The notes: a model not told the origin generated them from the sequence alone. Numbered from the stretch's first letter, positions 22,808 through 34,538 are shown. The stretch is DNA of 64,000 nucleotides from Ascoidea asiatica JCM 7603 (GCA_001600695.1 BCKQ01000003.1:1556526-1620525); one strand, 5' to 3'. A program made the numbers and translations.

Positions 22808-25800
22808 CTATGCTCTATTATATTCGATAGCCTTGGCTTTAACATAGTCTGCTGCTTTATCATCTCCTAGTTTTTCTTCAAAACTTAACCATTTAGTAAA
22901 AAAGAATTTAGCTTGTTTTTTACTCATTTTTTTCTGTATTAATCTTTCAAATATTGCTTCAACATTACTTTTCTCTTTCTTTTTTATTTCTTGATCAATA
23001 TAAACATTCCAAATATCTAATCTTTTTGGAACATCTGAAATTAATCCTTCAAATAATGTTCTTCCTTGTTCTGGGTCACCTATATTAAATTCAATTTGAG
23101 CAAATTTTTGAACAACACTAACATGATCTCTTTTTGGTAAAATAGTTAAAGCCTTTGATAAAATTTCATGTGCTTCATCATTTCTATTTTGAAATATTAA
23201 AAATTCTCCAAATCCAGACCAAATTAATGGATCTGAACTAAATTTTTTAATCATAACTTGATATAATTGTTTAACTTTATCAAATTTTTCTGAAGCTTTG
23301 AAAATATATATCATTTTTTTATGAATTGTTAAAGAATCCATATATTGACATGCTCTTTTAAATGTATCATCTAAAGTTTCTTCGGTACCAAATGAATTTT
23401 CAAGATTAAGTAATGCAATCCATACATTTAATTTCTCTTCTTCCTCTCTATAATTTATTGAATTTAAAGCTCTTTCTCCAATTTCACGAGCTTTTTCTGC
23501 TTCACTAAGTGATAATTGAAATCCCATATATCCAATCCATAAAGTTGATGAATTAGGTTCTCCAATTAATAATCTTTCAAAATCTGCAACGGACTGAGGT
23601 GCACGAGAGTTTAATTCTTCTGTTTTATCTTCAACTATCTTACGAGACTTCTTTTTCTTTTTTCTTTTATTTGTATTCATAAAATCTTCATTATCATTAC
23701 TTGATTCTTCTTCTTCTTCTTTTTCAACTTGATCTAAAACATCTGCTGTCCAATCAAATCCATTTGTACTTAAACTTAAAGCTTTTGGCTCTTTTTCAAT
23801 TGTAGACATACTTTCATTTTCTTTAGTATTTGTTTTATCTACTTTAGATTTTTCTTTACTATCTGAATCCGAATCTGAATCCGAATCTGAGTCTGAATTA
23901 GAATCTGAATCTGAATTAGCATTTGGATCTATCATATCAATATCATCATCTTCAGCATCATCGTTCTCCAAAGTTTTAGATTCAACTTCTTTTTTTTCAA
24001 CTTTATCATCATCATCATTATCAGAATCATCATCATCCTTAAAATAAGAAGCCTTCATTCCTAATGAGATATTTCTACTAACCTTGTTTAATCTTAGTAT
24101 TTTAACTTTAACTTTATCTCCTTTACCAAATAATTTTGTTGGATCAACTGATTTTCCATCTGAAATTTCACTTACATGACATAATCCACTAAGAGATTCA
24201 GTTTTATCTAAATTTATAAATACACCAAAATTTGTAACGTTTTTAACAGTTCCATCAAAAATATCTTCAGGTTTAAGATCATTAAAACTTTTTGGTATTT
24301 CTCCTTCAACAATTGATTTTTTAATTGCCATTGAAATTCTTGAATTATCAGTTGATGAAATTATTTTACCTTTAATTAAATCTCCAACTTTATATAAACT
24401 TTTCCAATTTTCAACATATGAATCTGAAATATCTGAAATTCTAACAAGTGCAGAAATATTTTCACTAAGATTAACAAATAAACCCAATTTTGTAATACTT
24501 TCTACATAACCTCTAACAATATCACCTTTTTTAATATCTTTATAAGAACTTATATATTTATCTTTACCACTCTTAGATAAATCACGTAAAATTACATGTA
24601 TTTTATTTCTAGTATGATCAATAGATTTAACTATACATGGTAAAATATCTTTGCTATGAAAAACCTCTTTGAAGTTTTGATCATAATTATCAAGAGCCTC
24701 GGTAATATAACAACTAACTTGGATATTATTCATCATCAAATTAACATATCTTTGTCGAAAAGACACCACTTTACAATTAATAATATCACCTTCTTTTAAA
24801 TCTTCAAAAGATTTATTAGACAATATCTTTGAATCTTCATCCACATTATCATCATCATTATTAGTTGATTTGGAATTTTGTTCTCCTATTTTAAATATTT
24901 TAGATATATTTTTTTTAGATTTTTTGGAAATATTTGGAGCTTTTAATGAAATAAAAAATCTTTTTTCATCTTCACTAATACTTGAAATATAGCATTCAAT
25001 TGATTGATGATTATAATAGATCTTATCCAAAGGTAAATGTTTATTAGAGCTATTCAATGCATCCTTTGCCAACATTAATCCACAAACTTTATCACCAAAT
25101 CCAATAAATAAACCTGTTGGAGTTATATTTCTAATATAACCATGAAGTTTAGTTCCATCCAACTTTAATTCAGAGAAAGATTTTGGAAGTGTTTCAGAAA
25201 TAGCATCATTTATGAGACTCTCTTTACAAGTGAAATTAAATGTTAAATGTCTAATTGATTCAAGACATAAACATTTAATCTTATCTCCAGGTTTTATTTT
25301 CTTTAATAAATTTCTATTTTTTTGTTGTTCATCATCAGAAAGATGATCAACATCAATTTCTCCAGAAATTCCATCTTTTGCAAAATCAAGAGAAACTCCA
25401 GATTTTGATTTTGTCCTTACAATTCCTTCAACAATAGTTCTTCCAGTAATAAATTTGGTTGTTTTGTCAAAAAAAATATTTTTAGTGGAAGTTTCTGATA
25501 TACATGTTAAAAATAATTTTTTTTCTTCAACATTTACTTTCGATATTGTTACTTTTAAAGATTGAAAAAGTTTTAAATGATCTTCAGGTTTATTAACAGT
25601 GGCTTCACTTATTTTAGAAGCTGGAAGATAACCAACTACACCACCAGCAAATGAAACTAAAGCATATTTATTTTGAAGTGAAAAAACAGTACCAACATAT
25701 TGATCACCTTTTTTAGCATCTTCATATTTACTTAAAAGTCCAGATTCAGAATTAACAATTAATTTTCTTAAAGTTACAATAGCAGTATTTTTTTTATTTA

Positions 25801-27577
25801 AGATTTGTAATACACGACCTTTAACAGTTGAACCAATTTTAAATTTTCTTTCTGGGTAAACTAATTTTATATCACTAATATGATTAGAAGGAACTAAACC
25901 TTGAAATTTATCAAAAATTTGAATAATCATATTTTTATCATTAGAATCTTTTTTTTTACTATCTTCAAATCCTAAAATTTTTCCAGTTACAACTTCACCT
26001 ATAGGAATTTGAGATAATTCTAAATATTTTAGATTAATTATTTTTTCTTTCAAAGTTAATAAATAATTATTATCAATTGGATCAAACTTTAAGATTCTTG
26101 CTTTATGTTTACTACCAATTTTTAAATCTGATAAAGTTGTATCAGAACTACTTATTTTAACTTTTCCTAAGATTGAAGAACCTAAATTAAGATAAATATA
26201 TTTTTGTTCAATAGCTTTAATTTCAGCTTCTTCAAATATATGACCAATTGGAAAAGATTCTAAAGGTTGAAATAATTCTTTTTCATTTTTTTCTTTTAGA
26301 CTAATTATTGTTGGTAAACAAGATAAATATAATTTTTTTGAACCATTTGTAATATAAGAAGCTAAAACTCTTGCTCTAATTTTAGAACCAATTTCAAAAT
26401 CATTTTTTAATTTTTCAGAATCAAAAATATTTAAATGAGTTAAATTTATTGAAGAATTAATTAAACCATATGCATTACCAATAATACCATTTAAAGTAGT
26501 TTTTGAAATAATTAATTCAATTAAATTACCAGGTACTACACTATCAATAGTTGAAATTTTTGTAAGTAAATCTTCATTTTTTTTTTTCATATTAAAAGCA
26601 AATTTTACAAAAATTGTTGGATTTTTAAAAAATTTTATATTTAATAAATATATTGAACCAATTTTTTGATTAAAATCAGATAAATTTAAAGAATCTGAAA
26701 TTTCAGATTTATTTAAAAAAGCATTAATACCATCAATACCAATATTAAATATTATACCATGATCTTCAATACTTTTAATATAACCTTGAATTACTTCATT
26801 TTTAATAAAATCATCTTCATTAAGAGATTTATTAACCATTGACGGTTCTATGGATAAATGAATCATTTTATGTTTTATTTCTTTAGTTTCTTTGATTTCT
26901 TTTTTTGTTGTTATTGTCTTTGTTGTTTCTGGTTTTAATACAATTGCTCTAAGCCATTGACCAATTTTAAAAAGTTTATTTAGATTTGGAAATTGAATTT
27001 TATTTTTTTTATCATTTTCAATATCTTCATCAAAATTATCAGATTCATCTTCATCTTCATCTTCACTATCTGAGTCATTGTTATTTTGATATTTATCAAT
27101 TTGATTTGTAATTATATCAGAAATATTTGCTATTGATACATAACCATTTAAACCATCAGGTAAAGAAAGAATTAAACTTAATTTATTAATTTTAGTAATT
27201 TGACCTAATACTAAAGAATCAGGAGATAATAATTTTATATTTAAATGATCAACAAATAATTTAGAAGTATTTCCTTTATTAGATGAATTATCTTCAGAAT
27301 TTTTATTGTTTTTTGAAATTTTTTTCTTTTTTTTTTTTGGTTCAGAAGTTGATTTAGAAGTTTCCTTTGATTTTGATTTTGATTTTGAATTTGAAGTTTC
27401 AAATAAAACATCTTTTACAGCTTCATTTGCAACTTCTTTAATTTCAAAAGGTGTTAAAAGTGAAGCACCACCTCTGGGAAATGAAACTTCTGCAGTTTTT
27501 GATAAAACTGAAGGTACCTTTGGTTTATCATCATGATGATCCTCAGATAATTTTCTTTTTCTTTTCACTTCAGACAT
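22808..27577 (-). CDS. RRP5: rRNA biogenesis protein Rrp5 (S1 repeats plus C-terminal TPR/HAT repeats)
   Basis: SFPRGGASLLTP, multiple S1 repeats, GFDWT, APQSVADFERLLIGEPNSSTLW and the HAT repeats ending YVKAKAIEY. Confidence 0.96.
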   Translation of the reverse strand: MSEVKRKRKLSEDHHDDKPKVPSVLSKTAEVSFPRGGASLLTPFEIKEVANEAVKDVLFETSNSKSKSKSKETSKSTSEPKKKKKKISKNNKNSEDNSSNKGNTSKLFVDHLNIKLLSPDSLVLGQITKINKLSLILSLPDGLNGYVSIANISDIITNQIDKYQNNNDSDSEDEDEDESDNFDEDIENDKKNKIQFPNLNKLFKIGQWLRAIVLKPETTKTITTKKEIKETKEIKHKMIHLSIEPSMVNKSLNEDDFIKNEVIQGYIKSIEDHGIIFNIGIDGINAFLNKSEISDSLNLSDFNQKIGSIYLLNIKFFKNPTIFVKFAFNMKKKNEDLLTKISTIDSVVPGNLIELIISKTTLNGIIGNAYGLINSSINLTHLNIFDSEKLKNDFEIGSKIRARVLASYITNGSKKLYLSCLPTIISLKEKNEKELFQPLESFPIGHIFEEAEIKAIEQKYIYLNLGSSILGKVKISSSDTTLSDLKIGSKHKARILKFDPIDNNYLLTLKEKIINLKYLELSQIPIGEVVTGKILGFEDSKKKDSNDKNMIIQIFDKFQGLVPSNHISDIKLVYPERKFKIGSTVKGRVLQILNKKNTAIVTLRKLIVNSESGLLSKYEDAKKGDQYVGTVFSLQNKYALVSFAGGVVGYLPASKISEATVNKPEDHLKLFQSLKVTISKVNVEEKKLFLTCISETSTKNIFFDKTTKFITGRTIVEGIVRTKSKSGVSLDFAKDGISGEIDVDHLSDDEQQKNRNLLKKIKPGDKIKCLCLESIRHLTFNFTCKESLINDAISETLPKSFSELKLDGTKLHGYIRNITPTGLFIGFGDKVCGLMLAKDALNSSNKHLPLDKIYYNHQSIECYISSISEDEKRFFISLKAPNISKKSKKNISKIFKIGEQNSKSTNNDDDNVDEDSKILSNKSFEDLKEGDIINCKVVSFRQRYVNLMMNNIQVSCYITEALDNYDQNFKEVFHSKDILPCIVKSIDHTRNKIHVILRDLSKSGKDKYISSYKDIKKGDIVRGYVESITKLGLFVNLSENISALVRISDISDSYVENWKSLYKVGDLIKGKIISSTDNSRISMAIKKSIVEGEIPKSFNDLKPEDIFDGTVKNVTNFGVFINLDKTESLSGLCHVSEISDGKSVDPTKLFGKGDKVKVKILRLNKVSRNISLGMKASYFKDDDDSDNDDDDKVEKKEVESKTLENDDAEDDDIDMIDPNANSDSDSNSDSDSDSDSDSDSKEKSKVDKTNTKENESMSTIEKEPKALSLSTNGFDWTADVLDQVEKEEEEESSNDNEDFMNTNKRKKKKKSRKIVEDKTEELNSRAPQSVADFERLLIGEPNSSTLWIGYMGFQLSLSEAEKAREIGERALNSINYREEEEKLNVWIALLNLENSFGTEETLDDTFKRACQYMDSLTIHKKMIYIFKASEKFDKVKQLYQVMIKKFSSDPLIWSGFGEFLIFQNRNDEAHEILSKALTILPKRDHVSVVQKFAQIEFNIGDPEQGRTLFEGLISDVPKRLDIWNVYIDQEIKKKEKSNVEAIFERLIQKKMSKKQAKFFFTKWLSFEEKLGDDKAADYVKAKAIEYNRA

Positions 27578-28435
27578 TATTTATAAGTTCAGTTCAAATT
27601 GTTTGGTATTAGGAGAAAAGATGCTTTAAAAAATCTCCTAGTTTTATATATTATAATTTGAAACTTTTTTGAATGAAATAAGATAAATTGGTCAAAGAGA
27701 TTCAAAAGATCCAAAGATCCAAAGGGTGTTGAAAAAAAAAAAATTATTCAAAAATTGAACTGAAAAAAAAAAAATTATCGGAAAAACATGGTTTTTAGAC
27801 CGGATCTGATTGAAACTACTTTCCATGTTCCGGCACCGCCTTTAAATCCATAAATCACCAGCCACAAGCAGTAGAGTGTAATATTATGTACTTTAAGGTA
27901 AATCATACTGCCACGTACATATATTTAATGATTTCAATATACACTCACATTATCTCACCTTTGACTACATGCACGTGTTTGTTTTTTATAAATTTTTATT
28001 TTTTTTGTTGCGGAGAGAAATCGCGCGGTTTTCACTTTGCGATTGGTGCTAAAGGAATAAAAAATAAACAGAAACGAATAAAAAGACTAAAAGTGACGAA
28101 AGAAAAGCAGAGGAAGCAGGATCTTTTTGCCTGGCTTTGCCAAACAGGTGAAAAAGTGAAAAAATAAAAAAAAGTGAAATTTGAGGAAGTGAAAAAAAAT
28201 AAATATTTAAAATGGTGAAAAGTTTTGTTTTGTTTTATTTCTGGTTCTGTTTCTCTTTCTGTTGTTCAGTGACAAATTTCATTAGTATTTATTATTAAGA
28301 AACAGATTGTGTTTTATTATCAGTTCAATAAAAGTAACAATCTTGGTGGTAGTGGCAATAGTATTTCAGTTTATTCAATGAATACCATAACACTCAAATT
28401 GCTTATTAATTTATCAGATAATTCAAGTTAGAAAC

Positions 28436-29986
28436 ATGTCCACTGTTGATTGTTCTTCACAATCATCATCATCTTCGTCGTCGTCGTCGTCTTCATCATC
28501 TTCTTCATCATCATCAGCATCTTCATCTTCTGATGATGATAGTGCGCCGCCGCCGTCGTGTCATCAACAATATCACCATCAATATTCGGATATAGCTTTA
28601 TCAACAGATTCATTAAATGAATCTTCAAATGAATCAATTACAACTATTTCTTCTTTTCATTCTCAAACTTCCTTATCAACATTTACTTCATTTGAATCAT
28701 TAAAAGAAAAACCAATAAATTTATTGTCATCAATTGATAATGATAATATAAATGATATAAATAATTGTGAGATTTTTAAAAAAAATGAATTTTTTAAAAT
28801 TATTGAAACTAAAAATTCAGGTAGAAGTTGTATTTCAAAAACTTTTATACCAAAAGATACAATAATTTTAATTTCAAATATTCCATTATCTTTTACAATT
28901 TTTTTAGATTTTAAAAAAGAAATTTGTAATAATTGTTTTAATTATAAACCAAATAAATTAAAAAATTTTAATAATTTTAAAAATGATTTATATTTTTGTA
29001 ATGAAATTTGTTATAATGATTTCATTAAAAATTATTTATTTAATGATTTGAATAATTTAAATTTATTTAATTTAATTTATTCAAATTATAAATTTATTAA
29101 TAATTCAAAAAATAATTCAAAATTAATTACTAATGAAGATAATTATAATGATATTATTAAAAAAATTTCAATTAAAAATCTAGATAATATGAATAATAAT
29201 AATAATATTAATAATAATAATGAAGAATTTTTAAAATTGATTGATTCAATTTGGTTAAATTTTTCAAATGATTTAGATAATTTTATAAATATTAAATCAA
29301 ATGAAAATAAATTATTTAATTTACCTTTAATTGATGAAATTGAATATTCTTCAATTAAATTTATCTTAATTTATTTAATTAACTATTATAATAATAAAGA
29401 AAATAATGAAATGAATGAAAATATTAAATTATTTAATATTTTACAAAATAATGAAATTGAAAAAATTAAATCAAATCCATTATTATTAATTTCACAATTA
29501 AAAATTTATAAATTTTTTAAAATTTTATCAATTACAAATAAAAAAAATAAATTTTTAAAATTTTTCTTTAATTACAATTATAATAGTAGTTTATTCATAA
29601 TTAAATTAATTAGAGATATTTTAGGTAAAGAATATGGAAATTCATTTGGAATTTGGGAATTACCAATTTCAGAATCTCCATTAAATTTTTCAATAAATTC
29701 AAATTTAAATTTTAATGAAATTTTTAATTATGATTCAAGAGAATTTTTTGGATTTTCTTTATATCCTGAATGTTCATTTTTTAATCATTCTTGTGATCCA
29801 AATTTATTTAGATTTAGAATTAAAAATAAATTATATATTAAAAGTTTAATTGATATAAATATAAATAATGAATTATTTATAAATTATGGTAGTTCAATTA
29901 ATGATAATTATAATGAAAGAAAAAAAATTTTATTAGATCAATGGTATTTTAATTGTCAATGTTCAAAATGTTTCTCAAAAATTTAA
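28436..29986 (+). CDS. SET6: SMYD-type SET-domain lysine methyltransferase
   Basis: Split SET domain: SGRSC, MYND-like CNNCF...FCNEIC, EYGNSFGIW, REFFGFSLYPECSFFNHSCDPN, ELFINY, post-SET FNCQCSKC. N-terminal poly-Ser. Confidence 0.85.
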   Translation: MSTVDCSSQSSSSSSSSSSSSSSSSSSASSSSDDDSAPPPSCHQQYHHQYSDIALSTDSLNESSNESITTISSFHSQTSLSTFTSFESLKEKPINLLSSIDNDNINDINNCEIFKKNEFFKIIETKNSGRSCISKTFIPKDTIILISNIPLSFTIFLDFKKEICNNCFNYKPNKLKNFNNFKNDLYFCNEICYNDFIKNYLFNDLNNLNLFNLIYSNYKFINNSKNNSKLITNEDNYNDIIKKISIKNLDNMNNNNNINNNNEEFLKLIDSIWLNFSNDLDNFINIKSNENKLFNLPLIDEIEYSSIKFILIYLINYYNNKENNEMNENIKLFNILQNNEIEKIKSNPLLLISQLKIYKFFKILSITNKKNKFLKFFFNYNYNSSLFIIKLIRDILGKEYGNSFGIWELPISESPLNFSINSNLNFNEIFNYDSREFFGFSLYPECSFFNHSCDPNLFRFRIKNKLYIKSLIDININNELFINYGSSINDNYNERKKILLDQWYFNCQCSKCFSKI

Positions 29987-30241
29987 TATCAGAAAGAAGA
30001 TTTAAATTTGGATATACAGTATATTTATTGGTATATAGGTATATAGATCAGGACACTATTTAGACAAATACAGGACATATATTATCAGGACAAGTATATA
30101 GGACAAGCTAAAGAATATCCACAAAACTGGCGATAAATTTGAGGAGAGATAATATCACGTGAGTGCATTCAAAAAAACCAAACACAAAACAAACAAAACA
30201 GAAAAAAAAGCTTTAAAACAAGATGAAAACAAGACACAAAA

Positions 30242-30288
30242 GAAATATTCAAACGAAATATTCAAACGAAATATTCAACCGAAACATT
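30242..30288. repeat. Tandem 13-mer (GAAATATTCAAAC) x3 plus a partial copy
   Basis: Direct reading of the sequence. Confidence 0.8.
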
Positions 30289-30791
30289 GTAAATAAGTGA
30301 CAATGATAGCAATAACAGTATCTCAGATGCAAGAAATGAGGGCTGGTAATCGAATGAACTTCAGAAAGTGGTTGAATGAATGAAAATCCAGCTTGGTATG
30401 GAGTTGTGGTGGTTCAATACAATTTAATTCAATTGGTGCTTTTTAACCCACTTCTCCTGATATCTCCCTATGGTCTCAGATTGACACTAAAGTTACTGCA
30501 AATTCAAATTTCAGGAAATTTTAGTATTATTTATCATTAAAGCAGCATAGGAGAAATGGATAACAACTTATACGTATACTCTAGTCACGACTACTTCATC
30601 TCTTTCACTTTTATTTTATTATTACCCAAAGTATTTCAAAGTATTTCATGGTGTCATTATACATTCGGAATTTTTAAAAAAAATGGAATAATATTTTCAT
30701 ATTTGTCTCTTCGGCTTTCAAATTTTAGTATCTTTTTACTGCTTTACTGGATTATTTCTGCCAGTAAATCCTATTTTGTCTTATCTTTGAT

Positions 30792-30808
30792 GTGGGGAAA
30801 ATCCGGGG
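30792..30808 (+). promoter_or_regulatory. Paired Mig1/CreA glucose-repression sites upstream of the sugar permease
   Basis: GTGGGG (30792) and AAAAT-CCGGGG (30803) match SYGGGG, about 600 bp upstream of the ATG. Confidence 0.55.
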
Positions 30809-31399
30809 TACTGAATAGTGAACACTTAATTATATTATAATATAAATAATATTATAACCTTTATTGGAATATTAACCTTAGATATCATTTACTTTAACCG
30901 ATATTACGAGGCCATATAATATAAAAAAAAGTATACTTCATTAGACTAAAATAATTTCTGGTTTTTCTTTAAATCGGGCTTATTCATAGTTCTTTTTTTC
31001 AAATTTATCAAAAGAAATGCAGATAACATAATCTTATAATTTTTCTCTATCAAATCCATTGGTCATTATTTATTTTAAATGTCTACAGATAAAAATCAAT
31101 ATCATACTTTTTTGTGAAAAAACTTTAAAATTTCTTCAATCTATGTTTTCCTTTCATTTCATTACTCCTCATTGTATTTTAATTATCTAGTTGAAAAAGA
31201 ATATTATCAGATATTCTTATAAAGATTTGAAAAACTATTTTTCTTAATAATAATTTCGTTATGTTATTCTTTATATTTTTCCTATATATAACATCCATTA
31301 AACCCTTTTTTTTGGTTTAATTTTTATTTTTTTTTCTTTTTCTATTTATTTCAAAATATATTTCAAATTGAATAAACAAATTAAAATATCATAAAAATA

Positions 31400-33133
31400 A
31401 TGTCATCAATAGAAAATAGAGAATCTTCATCTGAAAAAATCAAACCTTCAACTTCTTTTACAGAAAATTTAGAAACTAATCAAATTGATGATGAAGAAAA
31501 TGATTTATTAACTAAATTTCTTGGTTTAACAGAAGATGCTAAAAATTCTGATATTCAAGAAAAAGCAATGCCTTTAATTCAAGGTTTAAAAACTTATCCA
31601 AAAGCTGCTTTATGGTCTGTAGTTTTATCTTCTGCTTTAATTATGGAAGGTTATGATACTGCTTTATTAAGTTCTTTATATGCTTTACCTGCTTTTGCAA
31701 AAAAATATGGTGAATTGAATTTAAAAACTAATGAATATGAAGTTAGTGCTCCTTGGCAAACTGGTCTTTCAATGTGTACAAATGTTGGTGAAATCATTGG
31801 TTTACAATTTGCTGGAGTAATTGCTGATAAAATTGGTTATAGATTTACTTTAATTCATTCTTTATTTCTTGTAATTTGTTTTATTTTTATATTATTTTTT
31901 GCTCCAAATTGTGGTACTTTAGCTGCTGGTGAAGTTTTATTAGGTATACCTTGGGGTTGTTTTCAAACTTTAACAATTTCATATGCAACTGAAGTTTGTC
32001 CATTAGTTTTAAGATTTTATTTAACAACTTATGTTAATGTTTGTTGGGTTTTAGGTCAATTAATTGCTTCTGGGGTTTTAAAAGCTTATTCTGATAATAC
32101 TACTCAACAAGCTTATAGAGTTCCATTTGCAATTCAATGGATTTGGCCAGTACCAATAATTATTGGAATTTTTTTAGCTCCAGAATCTCCTTGGTGGTTA
32201 GTTAGAAAAGGTAAATTAGATTCTGCTAAAAAATCTTTAAAAAGATTAATGTCACCTCCAAAAGGTCAAATAATTAATGATTCTATTTTTTCTTCAATTG
32301 TTACTAAAATGCAAATTACTATTGAAGAAGAGAAAATTATTACTGAAAAAGCAACATATCTTGAATGTTTTAAAGGTATAGATGGTAGAAGAACAAGAAT
32401 TGCTTCTCTTGTTTGGGTTGCACAAAATGCTTGTGGTAATTCATTAATGGGTTATTCAACATATTTTTATGAAAAGGCTGGTTTAAGTGTTAGTTATGCA
32501 TTTGATTTTACAATTATTCAATATTGTTTAGGAATTATTGGTACATTATCATCTTGGATTTTATCAAAAAAATTAGGTAGATTTCAAATTTATTTTGGTG
32601 GAATTTTAATTCAAATAATTATATTATTAATTATTGGTGGATTAGGTTGTGCAAATTCATCAAGTGCATCATGGGCAATTGGTAGTTTACTTTTAGTTTT
32701 TGTTTTTGTTTATGATTTAGGTATTGGACCAGTTTGTTATTGTTTAGTATCAGAATTACCTTCAACAAAATTAAGAACAAAAACTATAGTTTTAGCAAGA
32801 AATTTTTATAATATTATGGGAATTGTAAATGCAGTTTGGACTCCATATATGTTAAATTCAACACAATGGAATTGGGGTGCAAAAACTGGATTTTTTTGGG
32901 CTGGAATTGCATTAATTTTTGCAATTTGGATGTGGTTTGATTTACCAGAAACTAAAGGTAAAACATTTGCAGAATTAGATGCATTATTTGAACAAGGTAC
33001 ACCTGCAAGAAAATTTTCAATTACTGAAGTTGATCCATTTAATGGAATTATTTTAGTACAAAAATTAAATGAAAAACAAATTCAAGGAATTGTTGAAAGT
33101 GAAAAACAATTTTCTTCAAAAAATGAAGTTTGA
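31400..33133 (+). CDS. MFS sugar porter of the maltose/alpha-glucoside:H+ symporter family (Mal31/Agt1-like)
   Basis: LKTYPKAALWS, IMEGYDT, GIPWGCFQTLTISYATEVCP, PESPWWLVRKG, WNWGAKTGFFW and DLPETKGKTFAELD. Confidence 0.9.
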   Translation: MSSIENRESSSEKIKPSTSFTENLETNQIDDEENDLLTKFLGLTEDAKNSDIQEKAMPLIQGLKTYPKAALWSVVLSSALIMEGYDTALLSSLYALPAFAKKYGELNLKTNEYEVSAPWQTGLSMCTNVGEIIGLQFAGVIADKIGYRFTLIHSLFLVICFIFILFFAPNCGTLAAGEVLLGIPWGCFQTLTISYATEVCPLVLRFYLTTYVNVCWVLGQLIASGVLKAYSDNTTQQAYRVPFAIQWIWPVPIIIGIFLAPESPWWLVRKGKLDSAKKSLKRLMSPPKGQIINDSIFSSIVTKMQITIEEEKIITEKATYLECFKGIDGRRTRIASLVWVAQNACGNSLMGYSTYFYEKAGLSVSYAFDFTIIQYCLGIIGTLSSWILSKKLGRFQIYFGGILIQIIILLIIGGLGCANSSSASWAIGSLLLVFVFVYDLGIGPVCYCLVSELPSTKLRTKTIVLARNFYNIMGIVNAVWTPYMLNSTQWNWGAKTGFFWAGIALIFAIWMWFDLPETKGKTFAELDALFEQGTPARKFSITEVDPFNGIILVQKLNEKQIQGIVESEKQFSSKNEV

Positions 33134-33233
33134 AAAAAAATTAAGTCTAGAATAGTTACAGTTTTATTTATTTTTTATTTTTATTTTTACTACTTTTACT
33201 TTTACTCCTATAGTTAGATAAATAAACTATTTA

Positions 33234-34337
33234 TTAACCACCATAAACCATTTGAAAAATTTCTTTAATTTTATTTAATTCATAATTTTCATGAAGACAT
33301 AATTGTAATAATATTCTTGATTTTTGAGGATTTAAAATTCCACTTGCAATTGCACCTTTATAAGAATAATCTTGTGGTAAACAATCTTTTGATACAATAC
33401 CATTTAAAGTTCTAGAACTATAAATTATTGGTAAATTATTATATTTTTCAGAAATTTCTTTTGCAATAATATTACCATTTGTTGTCCAAGAACCAGAACC
33501 AGTACCAGCTAAAATAATACCTTTTGCATTTAAAGTTTCTATTGAAAATTTCATTAATAATGGATTTAAATCTTGATAACCATATAAAATTATAACTTCA
33601 GGTAATAAAATATTTTGATCTAAGATTAAATTATTAAAATAACCAGATAAATTTGAAGATTTTGATTGAGTATTTTGAAACCAAACAATATTATTATTTA
33701 CAAACATACCTAAATTACCTTGTTCAGAAGATTGAAAAGTTTCTAAAGAATTTGCATTTGTTTTAATTGCATAAAAACCAGATATAATTCTATCATTTAA
33801 ATTAACTAAAATTCCTCTATTATGACTTTTTAAATGAGAAGCAATATAAACGGATTGATAAAGATTCATTATACCATCATTACTTAAAGCACTTGAAGGT
33901 CTCATTGAACCTGTAATAACTATAGGAATTGAAGTTTTTATTGTTAAATCAAGAAAAAATGAAGTTTCTTCTAAAGTATCAGTACCATGAGTTATAACCA
34001 TACCATTAATATTATTTTTACTACTATTTGAACTTAAATTCTTAATAATATAATTTCTTAATTGAATTAAATCTTTTGAAGAAATTTCATTTGAACCAAT
34101 ATTGAAAATTTGATATAATTTAAATTTTGCTAATTTTGAAATTTCAGGTATTTTATTAACTAAATTTTCTATAGTTAAAGCAATTTTATAATTGGCAGTT
34201 GCAGTTGCAGAATCACTAGCTGAAGCAATTGTACCACCAGTTGCAATAATTAAAATCGAAGGAATTTCAGAAGTATTATTGAATTTATCATTAGTAGCTT
34301 CACTCATTTCAGATAAATTTTCTACAGCTTCTACCAT
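33234..34337 (-). CDS. ASP3: Bacterial-type-II L-asparaginase, Asp3-like
   Basis: ATGGTIA and HGTDTLEET catalytic motifs, KTNANSLETF, GIILAGTGSGSW, LNPQKSRILLQLCL and the C-terminal VYGG, as recalled for S. cerevisiae Asp3. Confidence 0.82.
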   Translation of the reverse strand: MVEAVENLSEMSEATNDKFNNTSEIPSILIIATGGTIASASDSATATANYKIALTIENLVNKIPEISKLAKFKLYQIFNIGSNEISSKDLIQLRNYIIKNLSSNSSKNNINGMVITHGTDTLEETSFFLDLTIKTSIPIVITGSMRPSSALSNDGIMNLYQSVYIASHLKSHNRGILVNLNDRIISGFYAIKTNANSLETFQSSEQGNLGMFVNNNIVWFQNTQSKSSNLSGYFNNLILDQNILLPEVIILYGYQDLNPLLMKFSIETLNAKGIILAGTGSGSWTTNGNIIAKEISEKYNNLPIIYSSRTLNGIVSKDCLPQDYSYKGAIASGILNPQKSRILLQLCLHENYELNKIKEIFQMVYGG

Positions 34338-34538
34338 TTTTCTAAATAACTTCCTTTTTGTTTTTAAACTGAAAACAGAACAGTATCTTGAGATTCAATG
34401 CTTTATTCAGAAGAGAATACCTATATCATCACTATTCTTATTATCATCAGTCTCTTTTATTTATACAAAAGAGTTTCATCGCAATTATATTACATTTCAT
34501 TTTATTCTTTCTTTCTTTCATTCATTCATTAAGAGATT

